DNA of 64,000 bases from NCBI GenBank assembly GCA_019912545.1, contig JAIOIK010000036.1, forward strand, positions 5,159-69,158. Reading direction: 5' to 3'. A program made the translations under genes and the position numbers. The DNA is from Ignavibacteria bacterium (GTDB lineage: Bacteria > Bacteroidota > Ignavibacteria > Tepidaquicellales > OLB5). Below are positions 1-8,927 of this stretch, one piece after another (the first letter of the stretch is position 1; every line of letters begins with the position of its first letter). The notes under the pieces were generated by a model. That model was not told the origin of the DNA. It ran no database searches and saw only the letters and a program-made list of their open reading frames with translations.

Positions 1-1
1 A

Positions 2-244
2 AATACGAAAAGAGTAGTGCCAAAGAATTTAAAGATACAAATTGACTGGAATTCATGGAAGCCGAACCCAATATTCGGCTTAATCCAGAAGACCGGGAAG
101 ATAAGTGATAACGAAATGTGCAAAGTGTTTAACATGGGGATCGGGCTTGTAATGATCGTCAGGAAACAGGACGCATTCGAAATTTCAGGGCAGCTTAAGA
201 AACAAAACCACAAAAACTATATTATTGGAAAGATCACAGAATAA
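2..244 (+). CDS. purM: Phosphoribosylformylglycinamidine cyclo-ligase (AIR synthetase), C-terminal fragment; 5' end outside window
   Basis: Frame is open from base 2. The tail ...KVFNMGIGLVMIV...NYIIGKI resembles the PurM C-terminal domain. The stop overlaps the asd start (TAATG). Confidence 0.8.
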   Translation, partial: NTKRVVPKNLKIQIDWNSWKPNPIFGLIQKTGKISDNEMCKVFNMGIGLVMIVRKQDAFEISGQLKKQNHKNYIIGKITE

Positions 245-1242
245 TGAGATTACACGATATTGCAGTTGTTGGAGCAAGCGGACTTGTTGGCCGTAAGATC
301 CTTGAAGTCATCCAGGAAAGAAAGTTTGAAACAGGAAAAGTTGTTGCAATCGCCTCAGATGGTTCAGCAGGCAAAGAGCTGAATGTTAAGGGCAAGACTT
401 TCAAGCTGCACAAGCTTGAGCCGCATATCTTCAAGAACCTTGAGTTTGCATTCTTCAGTGCAGGCGGCTCGGTTTCGCGTGAATGGGCTCCCAAAGCCGC
501 AGAAGACGGATGCATTGTGATCGATAACAGCAGTTCGTTCAGGATGCAGGATGATGTCCCGCTTGTTGTTCCCGAGGTTAACCGCCAGGATATGTTTAAG
601 AACAAAGGCATCATTTCCAACCCAAACTGCTCAACTATCCAGCTCGTAACAGCTTTAAAGCCGCTTGATAACGCTTTTAAAATAAAGCGGGTAGTGGTTT
701 CCACTTACCAAAGTGTCTCGGGGGCAGGCAATAAAGGAGTAACCGCGCTTGAAAGTGAACTTAGAGGAATTCAATCCGCCTCAGCAAGTCCGTTTGCCCA
801 CAAAATAGCTTACAATGCAATACCTCATATTGATGTGTTCTTTGATGATAGTTACACACGCGAAGAGCTTAAGATGATGAACGAAACACGTAAGATTATG
901 AACAGAAAAGACCTGCAGATAACTGCAACTTGTGTAAGGATTCCAACACTATACGGGCATGGTGAATCAGTGAATATTGAATTTGATAAGAAGGTAAATG
1001 CAGATGAAGTAAGAGAAGCATTGATACAGGCAAAAGGTATTAAGGTTGTGGATAATCCTCAAACGAACCATTATCCCATGCCTATAGATGCTGCGGATAA
1101 AGATGATGTATTTGTTGGCAGAATAAGGGTCGATAGCTCCGTTAAGCATGGCATAAACCTGTGGATCGTTTCGGATAATGTGCGCAAAGGAGCAGCAACA
1201 AATGCAGTACAGATAGCCGAAGAATATATTAAAGGAAAATAA
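244..1242 (+). CDS. asd: Aspartate-semialdehyde dehydrogenase
   Basis: 332 aa with an N-terminal GASGLVG Rossmann motif, the active-site NPNCSTIQ motif and a C-terminal SDNVRKGAATNAVQIAE. Confidence 0.93.
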   Translation: MRLHDIAVVGASGLVGRKILEVIQERKFETGKVVAIASDGSAGKELNVKGKTFKLHKLEPHIFKNLEFAFFSAGGSVSREWAPKAAEDGCIVIDNSSSFRMQDDVPLVVPEVNRQDMFKNKGIISNPNCSTIQLVTALKPLDNAFKIKRVVVSTYQSVSGAGNKGVTALESELRGIQSASASPFAHKIAYNAIPHIDVFFDDSYTREELKMMNETRKIMNRKDLQITATCVRIPTLYGHGESVNIEFDKKVNADEVREALIQAKGIKVVDNPQTNHYPMPIDAADKDDVFVGRIRVDSSVKHGINLWIVSDNVRKGAATNAVQIAEEYIKGK

Positions 1243-1382
1243 CTATCCTGAACCCGTGCTTTTGCAGGGTGAAGGATCCGGACAATAAGTATCAGAACTA
1301 TAATCTGAGATTTACACAATAAAATAAACTCCTCAGCTTTTTCAGAGTGCAGGAGTTTGCAAACGAAGGGAGTCAAAAGAAG

Positions 1383-2747
1383 ATGGATAACGTATTAACA
1401 AAAACAATTATGACCCAGAAAGTAATGTCGCAGAACGAGATCAAACCCGACGCTGTTTTAAGTACCCTCAGAAATTACATTAACGTTGACGGACTCGATG
1501 TTGTTATGGACCTCGATAAGTCCCAGGGAGTATATATATATGAAGCGAGAAATAATAAGCCTTACCTTGACCTTTTTTCATTTGTAGCCTCTAATCCCAT
1601 AGGCATGAATCACCCAAAAATGAATAATCCCGAGTTCATAAATTATATCGGCAAGATCGCTTTGAACAAGCCTTCCAACAGCGATATATACTATAAAGAA
1701 TTTGCTGATTTCGTGAAAACATTCTTCGATATAGCAGTCCCCTCTTACTTTAAGTATGCCTTCTTCATCGAAGGCGGTTCGATGGCAGTTGAAAACGCGC
1801 TTAAGACGGCTTTTGACTGGAAGGTCCGCAAGAACTTTAAGAAGGGCTATAAAGAAGAAAAAGGACACCAGGTAATTCACTTTAAGGAATCTTTCCACGG
1901 CAGAAGCGGCTACACAATGTCGCTTACAAACACAGATCCGGTAAAGACCGATCTTTATCCAAAATTCAAATGGCCGCGCATAACCAATCCAAAAGTGAAA
2001 TTCCCTTTGAATGAAAACAATCTTGACGATGTAATTAATCTTGAGCATCAGGCAATCGAAGAAATATACAAAGCAATTGCAGATAACAAAGATGATATTG
2101 CATGCATCATAATAGAGCCAATACAGGGCGAGGGCGGCGATAATCAGTTCCGCAAGGAATTCTTCGAAGAGCTGAGAAGGATTTGCGATGAAAACGAAAT
2201 GCTTTTGATTTTTGATGAAGTGCAGACAGGCGTTGGCATGACCGGCAAATGGTGGGCACATGAGCATTATGTAAAGCCTGATATAATAGCATTCGGCAAA
2301 AAAGCACAGGTTTGCGGAATTCTTGTTACCGATAGAGTCGATGAAATTCCCGAAAACGTTTTCCATACCTCGAGCAGGATAAACTCCACATGGGGCGGCA
2401 ACATTGTTGATATGATACGCTTCAAGAAATACCTTGAGATAATCCGCGATGAGAATCTTGTTGAAAATGCAGCAACAGTTGGCGCATATTTGCTTGACAG
2501 GCTTCAGGAGCTTCAGATAAAATATCCTGCAATCTTAAGCAATGCAAGAGGCAAAGGCCTGTATTGCGCAATTGATCTGCCAAGTACTGAACTTCGCAAT
2601 AAAGCTATTGCAAAAATTTTTGAGAAAAACGTTATCATGCTTGGAAGCGGCAGAAACAGTATTCGCTTCCGCCCTGCAATGATAATCAAAAAAGACCAGA
2701 TCGACGATGCAATGGCTGTGATCGAATCAGTTGTAAAAGAATTGTAG
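1383..2747 (+). CDS. lat: Class III PLP aminotransferase, L-lysine 6-transaminase (LAT) family
   Basis: DLDKSQGVYIYE..YLDLFSFVASNPIGMNHP, SFHGRSGYTMSLT, EPIQGEGG and FDEVQTGVG are aminotransferase-III/LAT-like motifs. ATG at 1383 is preferred over GTG 1347 because of the AAGGGAG RBS upstream. Confidence 0.75.
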   Translation: MDNVLTKTIMTQKVMSQNEIKPDAVLSTLRNYINVDGLDVVMDLDKSQGVYIYEARNNKPYLDLFSFVASNPIGMNHPKMNNPEFINYIGKIALNKPSNSDIYYKEFADFVKTFFDIAVPSYFKYAFFIEGGSMAVENALKTAFDWKVRKNFKKGYKEEKGHQVIHFKESFHGRSGYTMSLTNTDPVKTDLYPKFKWPRITNPKVKFPLNENNLDDVINLEHQAIEEIYKAIADNKDDIACIIIEPIQGEGGDNQFRKEFFEELRRICDENEMLLIFDEVQTGVGMTGKWWAHEHYVKPDIIAFGKKAQVCGILVTDRVDEIPENVFHTSSRINSTWGGNIVDMIRFKKYLEIIRDENLVENAATVGAYLLDRLQELQIKYPAILSNARGKGLYCAIDLPSTELRNKAIAKIFEKNVIMLGSGRNSIRFRPAMIIKKDQIDDAMAVIESVVKEL

Positions 2748-2774
2748 TAGGTTTTGTCATTGTAAGAATATCAA

Positions 2775-2801
2775 GGGCGGCCAATTAGCTGCCCTTTTTT
2801 T
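2775..2801 (+). terminator. Rho-independent terminator after the lat-like gene
   Basis: GGGCGGC-caatta-GCTGCCC followed by a T7 run. Confidence 0.8.
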
Positions 2802-2831
2802 ATGCTTCTTTTTACGCTTCTTTTTCGGAGT

Positions 2832-2872
2832 GCACCGACTGTGCCCTGTCCGCCTACTGGCGTGATCGGTGC
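2832..2872. repeat. Nested GC-rich hairpin element (outer stem GCACCGA/TCGGTGC, inner core TGTCCGCCTACTGGCG)
   Basis: Read directly from the sequence. The related copy at 4462-4503 has the same orientation. Confidence 0.7.
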
Positions 2873-3184
2873 TGATTAAGAATAACCTGGGGATACTTAA
2901 TCAAGAAACCTTTAAAACGGTTTTTCAATAACGCCATTCAACCAACCCACGACTAAAGTCGTGGGCTATTAGCAAAACTAATCTTGCTCAATTCAAATTT
3001 TCTTCCTGAAACTTGCAGCCTCTAACCTGAATCATGAAACCTGTAACCTGCCTCCTCTCCCCTGTTACATATTTTTACAAACATTTACTGCAAACTCTGA
3101 GATATTGTATTATTTTTATAATGGTTTTTGGGGAAAAACTTTAGCAACCAAATTAACCTAATCATAATATTGAGGAGACTAGAC

Positions 3185-4450
3185 ATGATTACATATTCAA
3201 AACAAATAAAAATTGGGATTATTTTGATCGCGGCACTGGTGTTTACTGCCGCATCAAACCTGTCCGATTCTTCACCACAGCTTATGGCTGATTCTTCCCC
3301 ATTTGTGCAGGCCGAATCACCTGCAATGTTCTCGCCTAACTCCACAGCCGATTCAGTGGTCTTTCAGAATGACAGCACATTTACAATTGAAGGTGTTCAG
3401 GATGAACTCTCTAAAGACGGCGAGTGGATAAAAGTCACTGAAGCTGAGATTGACCCCAACGGAGTTACCGAAAGCGAAGGATTTGACGACGAAATTAACA
3501 GGGAATGGGTTTGGCGGCCGAACAATATGGAGCCGGATTGGAATCCCTACACATACGGCTATTGGGAATACACCAATTGCGGATGGATGTGGGTTTCTTA
3601 CTACTCATGGGGATGGCGAACAAGCCATTACGGCCGATGGTGGTGGAGCGAGTATTACGGCTGGGTATGGTCGCCCGGTTATGTTTGGGCCCCCGCCTGG
3701 GTTGTGTGGATGTATAACGACGGCTATTGCGGCTGGTATCCGATATCACCAAGAATAAGATACCACCGACACTACGGTTACAGATGTCACAAAATGCGTT
3801 ATCACACAAGGAAGTGGCGGTTCTGCCGTAAGAAAGATTTCGCCGATCCATTGCATCCGCCGGTATTGGTTATAGATCCGGGACAGAATCCGGTAATTAT
3901 AACAACTTCCACGTATGACGGAAACCTGAAAGTATCCAGAGCGGGCATAAAGAACCACGGCCCGAACATTAAGGATATTGAAAACGCAACAGGAAAGAAA
4001 TTCGAGCCTGTAAACGTAACCAAGTATAACAACATAAAGATCATTGAGGATAAACGTGATCCGAATATTAAGATAAAAAAGACCGATGATAACAGCTCGA
4101 TAAAGAACGATAAGCGGGATGATAATAACAGCAATAAAAGGTATGATCCGCCTCCAACTGATAATAATGATAAGCGGAGCGACGATAAGAGCAATGAAAA
4201 GAAGTATGAACAGCCTGATAAGAAAAAGGAAACATACACTCCGCCGACAAAGAAGAATGACGATAACCGCAAATATGATAAGCCAAAGGATACCTACACT
4301 CCGCCGCCTAATAATGGGAATGATAACAATGATAACAACCCCGGCAGGAAAGACAATCAGCCTCCACCTCCCCCGCCGCCTAAAAACGACGACGGCAATA
4401 AGCGCGATGACGGGAATAAACAGGATGATGGAAATAAAAAGGGCAGATAG
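3185..4450 (+). CDS. Secreted W/Y/G-rich (YXWGXW-type repeat) protein with a long K/D/N/P low-complexity tail
   Basis: GAGGAG RBS before ATG 3185. Signal-like N-terminus MITYSKQIKIGIILIAALVFTAAS. Dense WxWxxxYGW repeats (WGWRTSHYGRWWWSEYYGWVWSPGYVWAPAWVVW). The tail is rich in KRDD/NND/PPP. Confidence 0.75.
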   Translation: MITYSKQIKIGIILIAALVFTAASNLSDSSPQLMADSSPFVQAESPAMFSPNSTADSVVFQNDSTFTIEGVQDELSKDGEWIKVTEAEIDPNGVTESEGFDDEINREWVWRPNNMEPDWNPYTYGYWEYTNCGWMWVSYYSWGWRTSHYGRWWWSEYYGWVWSPGYVWAPAWVVWMYNDGYCGWYPISPRIRYHRHYGYRCHKMRYHTRKWRFCRKKDFADPLHPPVLVIDPGQNPVIITTSTYDGNLKVSRAGIKNHGPNIKDIENATGKKFEPVNVTKYNNIKIIEDKRDPNIKIKKTDDNSSIKNDKRDDNNSNKRYDPPPTDNNDKRSDDKSNEKKYEQPDKKKETYTPPTKKNDDNRKYDKPKDTYTPPPNNGNDNNDNNPGRKDNQPPPPPPPKNDDGNKRDDGNKQDDGNKKGR

Positions 4451-4461
4451 TTGAATGCGTG

Positions 4462-4503
4462 GTGTCAGGTAGCTTGTCCGCCCACTGGCGGATAACCTAA
4501 CAC
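4462..4503. repeat. Nested GC-rich hairpin element (outer GTGTcAGGT/ACCTaACAC, inner TGTCCGCCCACTGGCGGA)
   Basis: Read directly from the sequence. It shares its core with the 2832-2872 element. Confidence 0.7.
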
Positions 4504-4522
4504 TTTAATGATTAACTCAAAA

Positions 4523-4548
4523 GGGTCGCAATTGCGACCCCTTTTTTT
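4523..4548 (+). terminator. Rho-independent terminator
   Basis: Palindrome GGGTCGCAATTGCGACCC followed by C and a T7 run. Confidence 0.85.
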
Positions 4549-4614
4549 ACACAATTTTTCGCTTAAATTTAAATCAAAATTTACTATCTTAGTACCAATC
4601 TAATTTTTTGTTTT

Positions 4615-4640
4615 GTCATTCCTGCGAAGGCAGGTATTGA
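4615..4640. repeat. Short GC hairpin repeat GTCATT-CCTGC-gaag-GCAGG-TATTGA
   Basis: Member of the CCTGC..GCAGG hairpin family seen at 8176, 59671, 60861 and 62323. Confidence 0.6.
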
Positions 4641-4746
4641 TTTTTAAATGAAATGTGCACGAACTTGTTGCCTAAATATTTATGTTTATATTGTACTGAT
4701 TTAAATTTATATTTAAATATTACTCTATCTACTTAAATATTTTAAC

Positions 4747-4941
4747 ATGAATAAGAAAGAAGAAAGAACACAGATTTTTTCAATAACTTTAGCTGATTTA
4801 CAAAGAGAATCTTCACAAAGGTTAGGGAGAAGATTAAATAATGTGGAAATTGAAATTGCAAAGAAGGGTATTGAAAACGGATTGCAGTTTGATATAGACA
4901 CCATTTATAATACTATATTTTATGAAATGTTAGAAAACTAA
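4747..4941 (+). CDS. Hypothetical small protein (64 aa), first gene of the AT-rich island
   Basis: ORF only, with no motif I recognise. Its stop lies 6 nt before the next gene's start. Confidence 0.45.
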   Translation: MNKKEERTQIFSITLADLQRESSQRLGRRLNNVEIEIAKKGIENGLQFDIDTIYNTIFYEMLEN

Positions 4942-4947
4942 AAGTAT

Positions 4948-5874
4948 TTGAAAAAATTGTCAAATACGGAACAATTAGCTTTGCAGTTCCTTGAAAAAGC
5001 GAAAGCGTTTCAAGCTGACGTTGAATTATTAAAAGTACTTAAATCCCGAACATATCGCATTGGAAAAGCAAATGTGTTGGTAAGAGCAGCATCAGAGGGG
5101 AACCGGAGATATTTTTTTGGAATTAATTATTTAACAGTTGAAGAAATTGCTAATTTAGAAAACCCGTTTGTTGCTTTTATTTGTGGATCAATTGATAAAG
5201 TTTTAATTATACCCGCAAAACTTCTTTTTAACAATTTACCTAAAATTAGCCATGATAGAAATGGCGAATATAAAATCAATATTGACCAGGAATTGAATAT
5301 CGTACTCTTAGGTAGAAACAATCGTTTACCTTGCAATAATTTTATGAATAATTGGGAATTACTCATTACAGATAAGTTACAACAAGAGGAAGTTAAAAAC
5401 TCAGTTGAGGAAAGTTTACATTCAGTATTACAGGGTAGATTAATTGAAATAGGCAACATTCGTGGTTATCATACATATTGTCCAGATAAATCGAAGATGT
5501 TTAATGATAAAAAACTTGATGAAATAACCCTTTTGAAAACTTGTCCTAAATTAGAATTTTCTGATCATAACCTTTTGAGACAAATTGATGTGATCTGGTT
5601 TCGAAATAGAGGAAATAATTTTATTCCAGAATTTGCTTTTGAAGTTGAATTATCAACAGGAGTTTGGAGTGGTGTGGGAAGATTATCAACGTTGATTGAC
5701 TATTCAAATACAGCATTATATGTTATTGCAAATGATGGCAAGAAGTTTAAACAAGTAATTTCTACGTTTTCTGAACATAAAGAAAGATATAAGTTTGTTA
5801 CGAGTGAATCGATTGGTGAATTGTATTCTGCCGAAAGAAACGTAAAAAAACTACAAATAGACATTGGTCTATGA
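4948..5874 (+). CDS. Hypothetical two-domain protein; the C-terminal half resembles a PD-(D/E)xK restriction-endonuclease-like fold
   Basis: 308 aa with a TTG start. C-terminal pattern HSVLQGRLIEIGNIRGY ... IDVIWF (D214) ... FAFEVELST (E232-x-E234) ... GRLSTL. The coding DNA is visibly AT-rich compared with its neighbours. Confidence 0.6.
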   Translation: MKKLSNTEQLALQFLEKAKAFQADVELLKVLKSRTYRIGKANVLVRAASEGNRRYFFGINYLTVEEIANLENPFVAFICGSIDKVLIIPAKLLFNNLPKISHDRNGEYKINIDQELNIVLLGRNNRLPCNNFMNNWELLITDKLQQEEVKNSVEESLHSVLQGRLIEIGNIRGYHTYCPDKSKMFNDKKLDEITLLKTCPKLEFSDHNLLRQIDVIWFRNRGNNFIPEFAFEVELSTGVWSGVGRLSTLIDYSNTALYVIANDGKKFKQVISTFSEHKERYKFVTSESIGELYSAERNVKKLQIDIGL

Positions 5875-5891
5875 GAAAAAAGTAAATATGA

Positions 5892-6083
5892 TTTTGTAAT
5901 CTCAAAAAAAATTTGTCATTGAGAGGAATGCTTGATCTGGATAATGAGTTAATGGTAGGAAAAGAATTTTGGGACTTTGTAGGGGGAAAAGGTGCATATG
6001 AGGAATTGCTGGGATGTTTTGAGAGAGTTGGTATTGAGCTTAGACCTGAAATCGATGCATATTTTAAAAAATTCATAAAATAA
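5892..6083 (+). pseudogene. Possible C-terminal remnant of a type II restriction endonuclease-like gene
   Basis: The short open frame encodes ...GKEFWDFVGGKGAYEELLGCFERVGIELRPEIDAYFKKFIK*. I recall this as resembling C-termini of TdeIII-like restriction enzymes. No matching N-terminal body lies upstream (in-frame stop at 5889). Confidence 0.35.
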
Positions 6084-6777
6084 CTCTTACATTTTCTTTC
6101 ATCTTTCCCCCTTGCATATGCAATTCACATATGTTATATTCTCCATGTATGCATAGGGCATTTTGTCCTTCTTAATTCATTTAACAGTCCGGTATATGAG
6201 AGCACATTTCACTTTGCGTAAAACATTTTGTTTAGAAAGGAGCGATTTTCGGCAACAATTTTTCTTCAAAATTGCAGCTTTTGTGATTGAACGCAGTTCA
6301 ATCATATAGGGTTTGGCTGTTTGAGCGGGACTTTCCGCAATTAAATCCCAAAATCAACAAAAGTGCAGTTGAGCTTCCTGAAAAAAGCGCCTATTCTGCC
6401 GGATTGTCCAGCAGTTCGCGTGTTTTTTAGGAGTGTTAAGCTGCTGTAAATTCATGTTTCTTTAAAATAGTTTTTGGCGGCAATATCACCAAAACCGGGT
6501 CTTTGCGCTAAACTCAACTTTGATCTTGACTACACTAATATAAGTTAGTGAAAATTCGTGTGCATTAGTGGCTAAGGCTTTTTCTTTTATCTTCACAGCC
6601 TTTAGAATCGCCTTAGATCGGCAGGTTATATGTAAAACCTTGATTACTATCAAAAAATTCGTTATTTTTACAGGTTAATTTCGTTTAATATTGTCTTTAA
6701 TATATTTAAGCAGGGACTATATTCCCTTAAAGCATTATTTTATTTGATAATCATTACATTCGCCGAGGGCGATATCA

Positions 6778-8133
6778 ATGTTCGAGGATCTAAGCAGTAA
6801 GTTCGATAAAGTATTTAAGTTCATTAAAGGTAAGGGCAAGGTCTCCGAGGCTACTGTTGATGAATTCCTCCGCGAAGTGCGCAAGATACTGCTTGATGCT
6901 GACGTAAATTACAAGGTTGTTAAGCAGTTTGTTGAAGATGTAAAGCAAAAAGCATTAGAAAGAAACGTAGTAAAAAGCATTAATCCGGGCAAAATTGTAA
7001 TTGATACAATTACAAGCGAGCTTGTCCGCTTAATGGGTGAAAAGAAAACTGATATTAAGTTTTCAAACTCCGTTCCTTCTGTAATAATGGTAGTTGGCTT
7101 GCAGGGTTCCGGTAAAACAACATTTTCCGGGAAGCTTGCGAAGTACTTAAAGTCCAAAGGCCGCTCCCCTGCTCTTGCTGCATGCGACGTTTACCGTCCG
7201 GCAGCTATTGACCAGCTGAAAATGCTGGGCGAGCAAATTGATGTTACGGTTTATTCCGATGATTCAAAAGACCCGGTAAAGATCGCGCTTGCGGCAGTTG
7301 ATTTCTGCAAGAAGAATTTTAAGGATACGCTGATTGTTGATACAGCCGGCCGCTTGGCAATTGATGAAGAGATGATGCGCGAGGTTGAGCAATTAAAGAG
7401 CAAGTTAGAGCCTGCCGAGATACTCTTTGTTGTTGATGCAATGACGGGGCAGGACGCTGTTAACACGGCAAAAGAATTCCATAACCGCCTGGATTATGAC
7501 GGTGTTGTTCTCACAAAATTAGATGGTGATTCCCGCGGCGGCGCAGCGCTATCTATCAGGGCAGTTGTTGATAAGCCCGTTAAGTTTGTTGGTATCGGCG
7601 AAAAGCTTGAAGCTATCGAGCCGTTCTATCCCGATAGAATGGCATCAAGGATACGCGGCAAAGGTGATAGACAGTCACTTGTTGAAAAAGCCACAACCAT
7701 GCTCCCCGATGAACTTGATGAGAAGAAGATAGCTAAGCTTGAAGAAAAGCTAAAAGGCAATAAGTTTGATTTCGCAGACTTCTTAGAGCAGCTTCAGCAG
7801 ATAAAAAAAATGGGACCGCTCTCACAGCTTATGGGTATGATCCCCGGCGCAGATAGAATGATGAAGGGCAAAGAAATTGATGACAAGCCGCTCAAACAGG
7901 TTGAGGCTGTAATTAATTCAATGACTTTCCGTGAGCGTGAAAATCCGGACCTGCTCAACGGCTCCAGAAGAAAACGCATCGCAGGCGGAAGCGGCACAAC
8001 AATACAGGATGTGAACCGTGTCATAAAGCAGTTCTATGACATGCAGAAGATGATTAAGCAGTTCAAAAAAGGAAGAGGCATGTCAAACATGCTTCGCAAC
8101 ATGGGGCTTCCTGCAAACTTCAGCATGAAGTAA
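6778..8133 (+). CDS. ffh: Signal recognition particle protein Ffh
   Basis: 451 aa with GLQGSGKTT, DTAGR and TKLDGD GTPase motifs and a Met-rich M domain. Confidence 0.95.
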   Translation: MFEDLSSKFDKVFKFIKGKGKVSEATVDEFLREVRKILLDADVNYKVVKQFVEDVKQKALERNVVKSINPGKIVIDTITSELVRLMGEKKTDIKFSNSVPSVIMVVGLQGSGKTTFSGKLAKYLKSKGRSPALAACDVYRPAAIDQLKMLGEQIDVTVYSDDSKDPVKIALAAVDFCKKNFKDTLIVDTAGRLAIDEEMMREVEQLKSKLEPAEILFVVDAMTGQDAVNTAKEFHNRLDYDGVVLTKLDGDSRGGAALSIRAVVDKPVKFVGIGEKLEAIEPFYPDRMASRIRGKGDRQSLVEKATTMLPDELDEKKIAKLEEKLKGNKFDFADFLEQLQQIKKMGPLSQLMGMIPGADRMMKGKEIDDKPLKQVEAVINSMTFRERENPDLLNGSRRKRIAGGSGTTIQDVNRVIKQFYDMQKMIKQFKKGRGMSNMLRNMGLPANFSMK

Positions 8134-8161
8134 GCACAACCCGGGCAGCAGATGAAAAATT

Positions 8162-8239
8162 CCCCTCTTGAGGGGCCTGCCTGCTGCAGGCAGGGGTGGC
8201 TTCGCCGAAGGTGAAGACGGTCCGAAGGACTCCTTCGGA
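8162..8239. repeat. Cluster of four tandem GC-rich hairpins in the ffh-rpsP spacer
   Basis: CCCCTC-tt-GAGGGG; CCTGCC-tgctgca-GGCAGG; CTTC..GAAG; TCCGAAGG-act-CCTTCGGA. CCGAAGG occurs twice (8205, 8222) against one CCTTCGG (8232). Confidence 0.7.
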
Positions 8240-8354
8240 GGGTGTGTGGAATAGAATAACAACGAATTTAATAAACATAAAAAATAAATAGCTCACAGCT
8301 GTATTGAAGAATTAAGTTTAAACTCTTCACTTCGCTCAGAGTGGAAAACAAAAA

Positions 8355-8807
8355 ATGGTAAAACTCAGACTCAGAAGAATGGGAAGAAAAAAAGCTCCCA
8401 TTTACAAAATTGTAGCATCAGATTCCCGTGCAAGAAGAGACGGAAGATTTATAGAATCTATTGGTCAATATGACCCCAATTTAAATCCCGCAAAAGTAGA
8501 AATACTTGAAGACAGGGCTTTGTACTGGCTTTCTACCGGCGCACAGCCGACAGTTACAGTCAGGAACCTGCTTTCTAACAAAGGTTTGATGCTTAAGCAT
8601 CATTTAGGTAAAAAAGGCGCAGATGAAACAAAGATAACTGCAGAGCACTCCAAATGGGAATCATTGCAGGAATCGAAGTTACAGCGGATACACGATAAAA
8701 AGCTGAAAAGAAAAGAGAAGAAGCGTAAAGCGGCAGAAAAACCGGTTGAAGCAGCACCATCAGCACCGGTTACAGAAACACCGGCGGCAGAGCAGCCCGC
8801 AGCATAA
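8355..8807 (+). CDS. rpsP: 30S ribosomal protein S16 with an A/P/E/K-rich C-terminal extension
   Basis: [34 protein letters not shown] is the canonical S16 N-terminus. Confidence 0.95.
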   Translation: MVKLRLRRMGRKKAPIYKIVASDSRARRDGRFIESIGQYDPNLNPAKVEILEDRALYWLSTGAQPTVTVRNLLSNKGLMLKHHLGKKGADETKITAEHSKWESLQESKLQRIHDKKLKRKEKKRKAAEKPVEAAPSAPVTETPAAEQPAA

Positions 8808-8927
8808 GTTACAAACTCTGTATGAGCAAGGCCCAAAGCAGATGGGTCTACCGGTCCCCGCTAACTTGATAGAATAGATTTATTCATCCAAAATAATATT
8901 CTAATAAATAAAATCAAGGGGATGCTT

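Noticed and set aside
1578-2366. 262-aa ORF antisense to the lat-like aminotransferase gene
   Set aside because: It lies entirely inside a well-supported gene on the opposite strand and its sequence has no motifs. It is a typical shadow ORF in low-GC DNA.
3450-4454. Several 70-156-aa ORFs in alternative frames and on the opposite strand within the W/Y-rich protein gene
   Set aside because: Their compositionally biased translations (G/R-rich, S/L-rich) are by-products of the repetitive coding sequence in the real frame.
6325-6338. GCGGAAAGTCCCGC (minus strand) resembling the RNase P RNA CR-I motif GAGGAAAGUCCGGGC
   Set aside because: The flanking sequence lacks the other universally conserved RNase P blocks (for example the ACAGAA.CGGCUUA-type CR-V region) and is too AT-rich and unstructured. 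The match is most likely coincidental.
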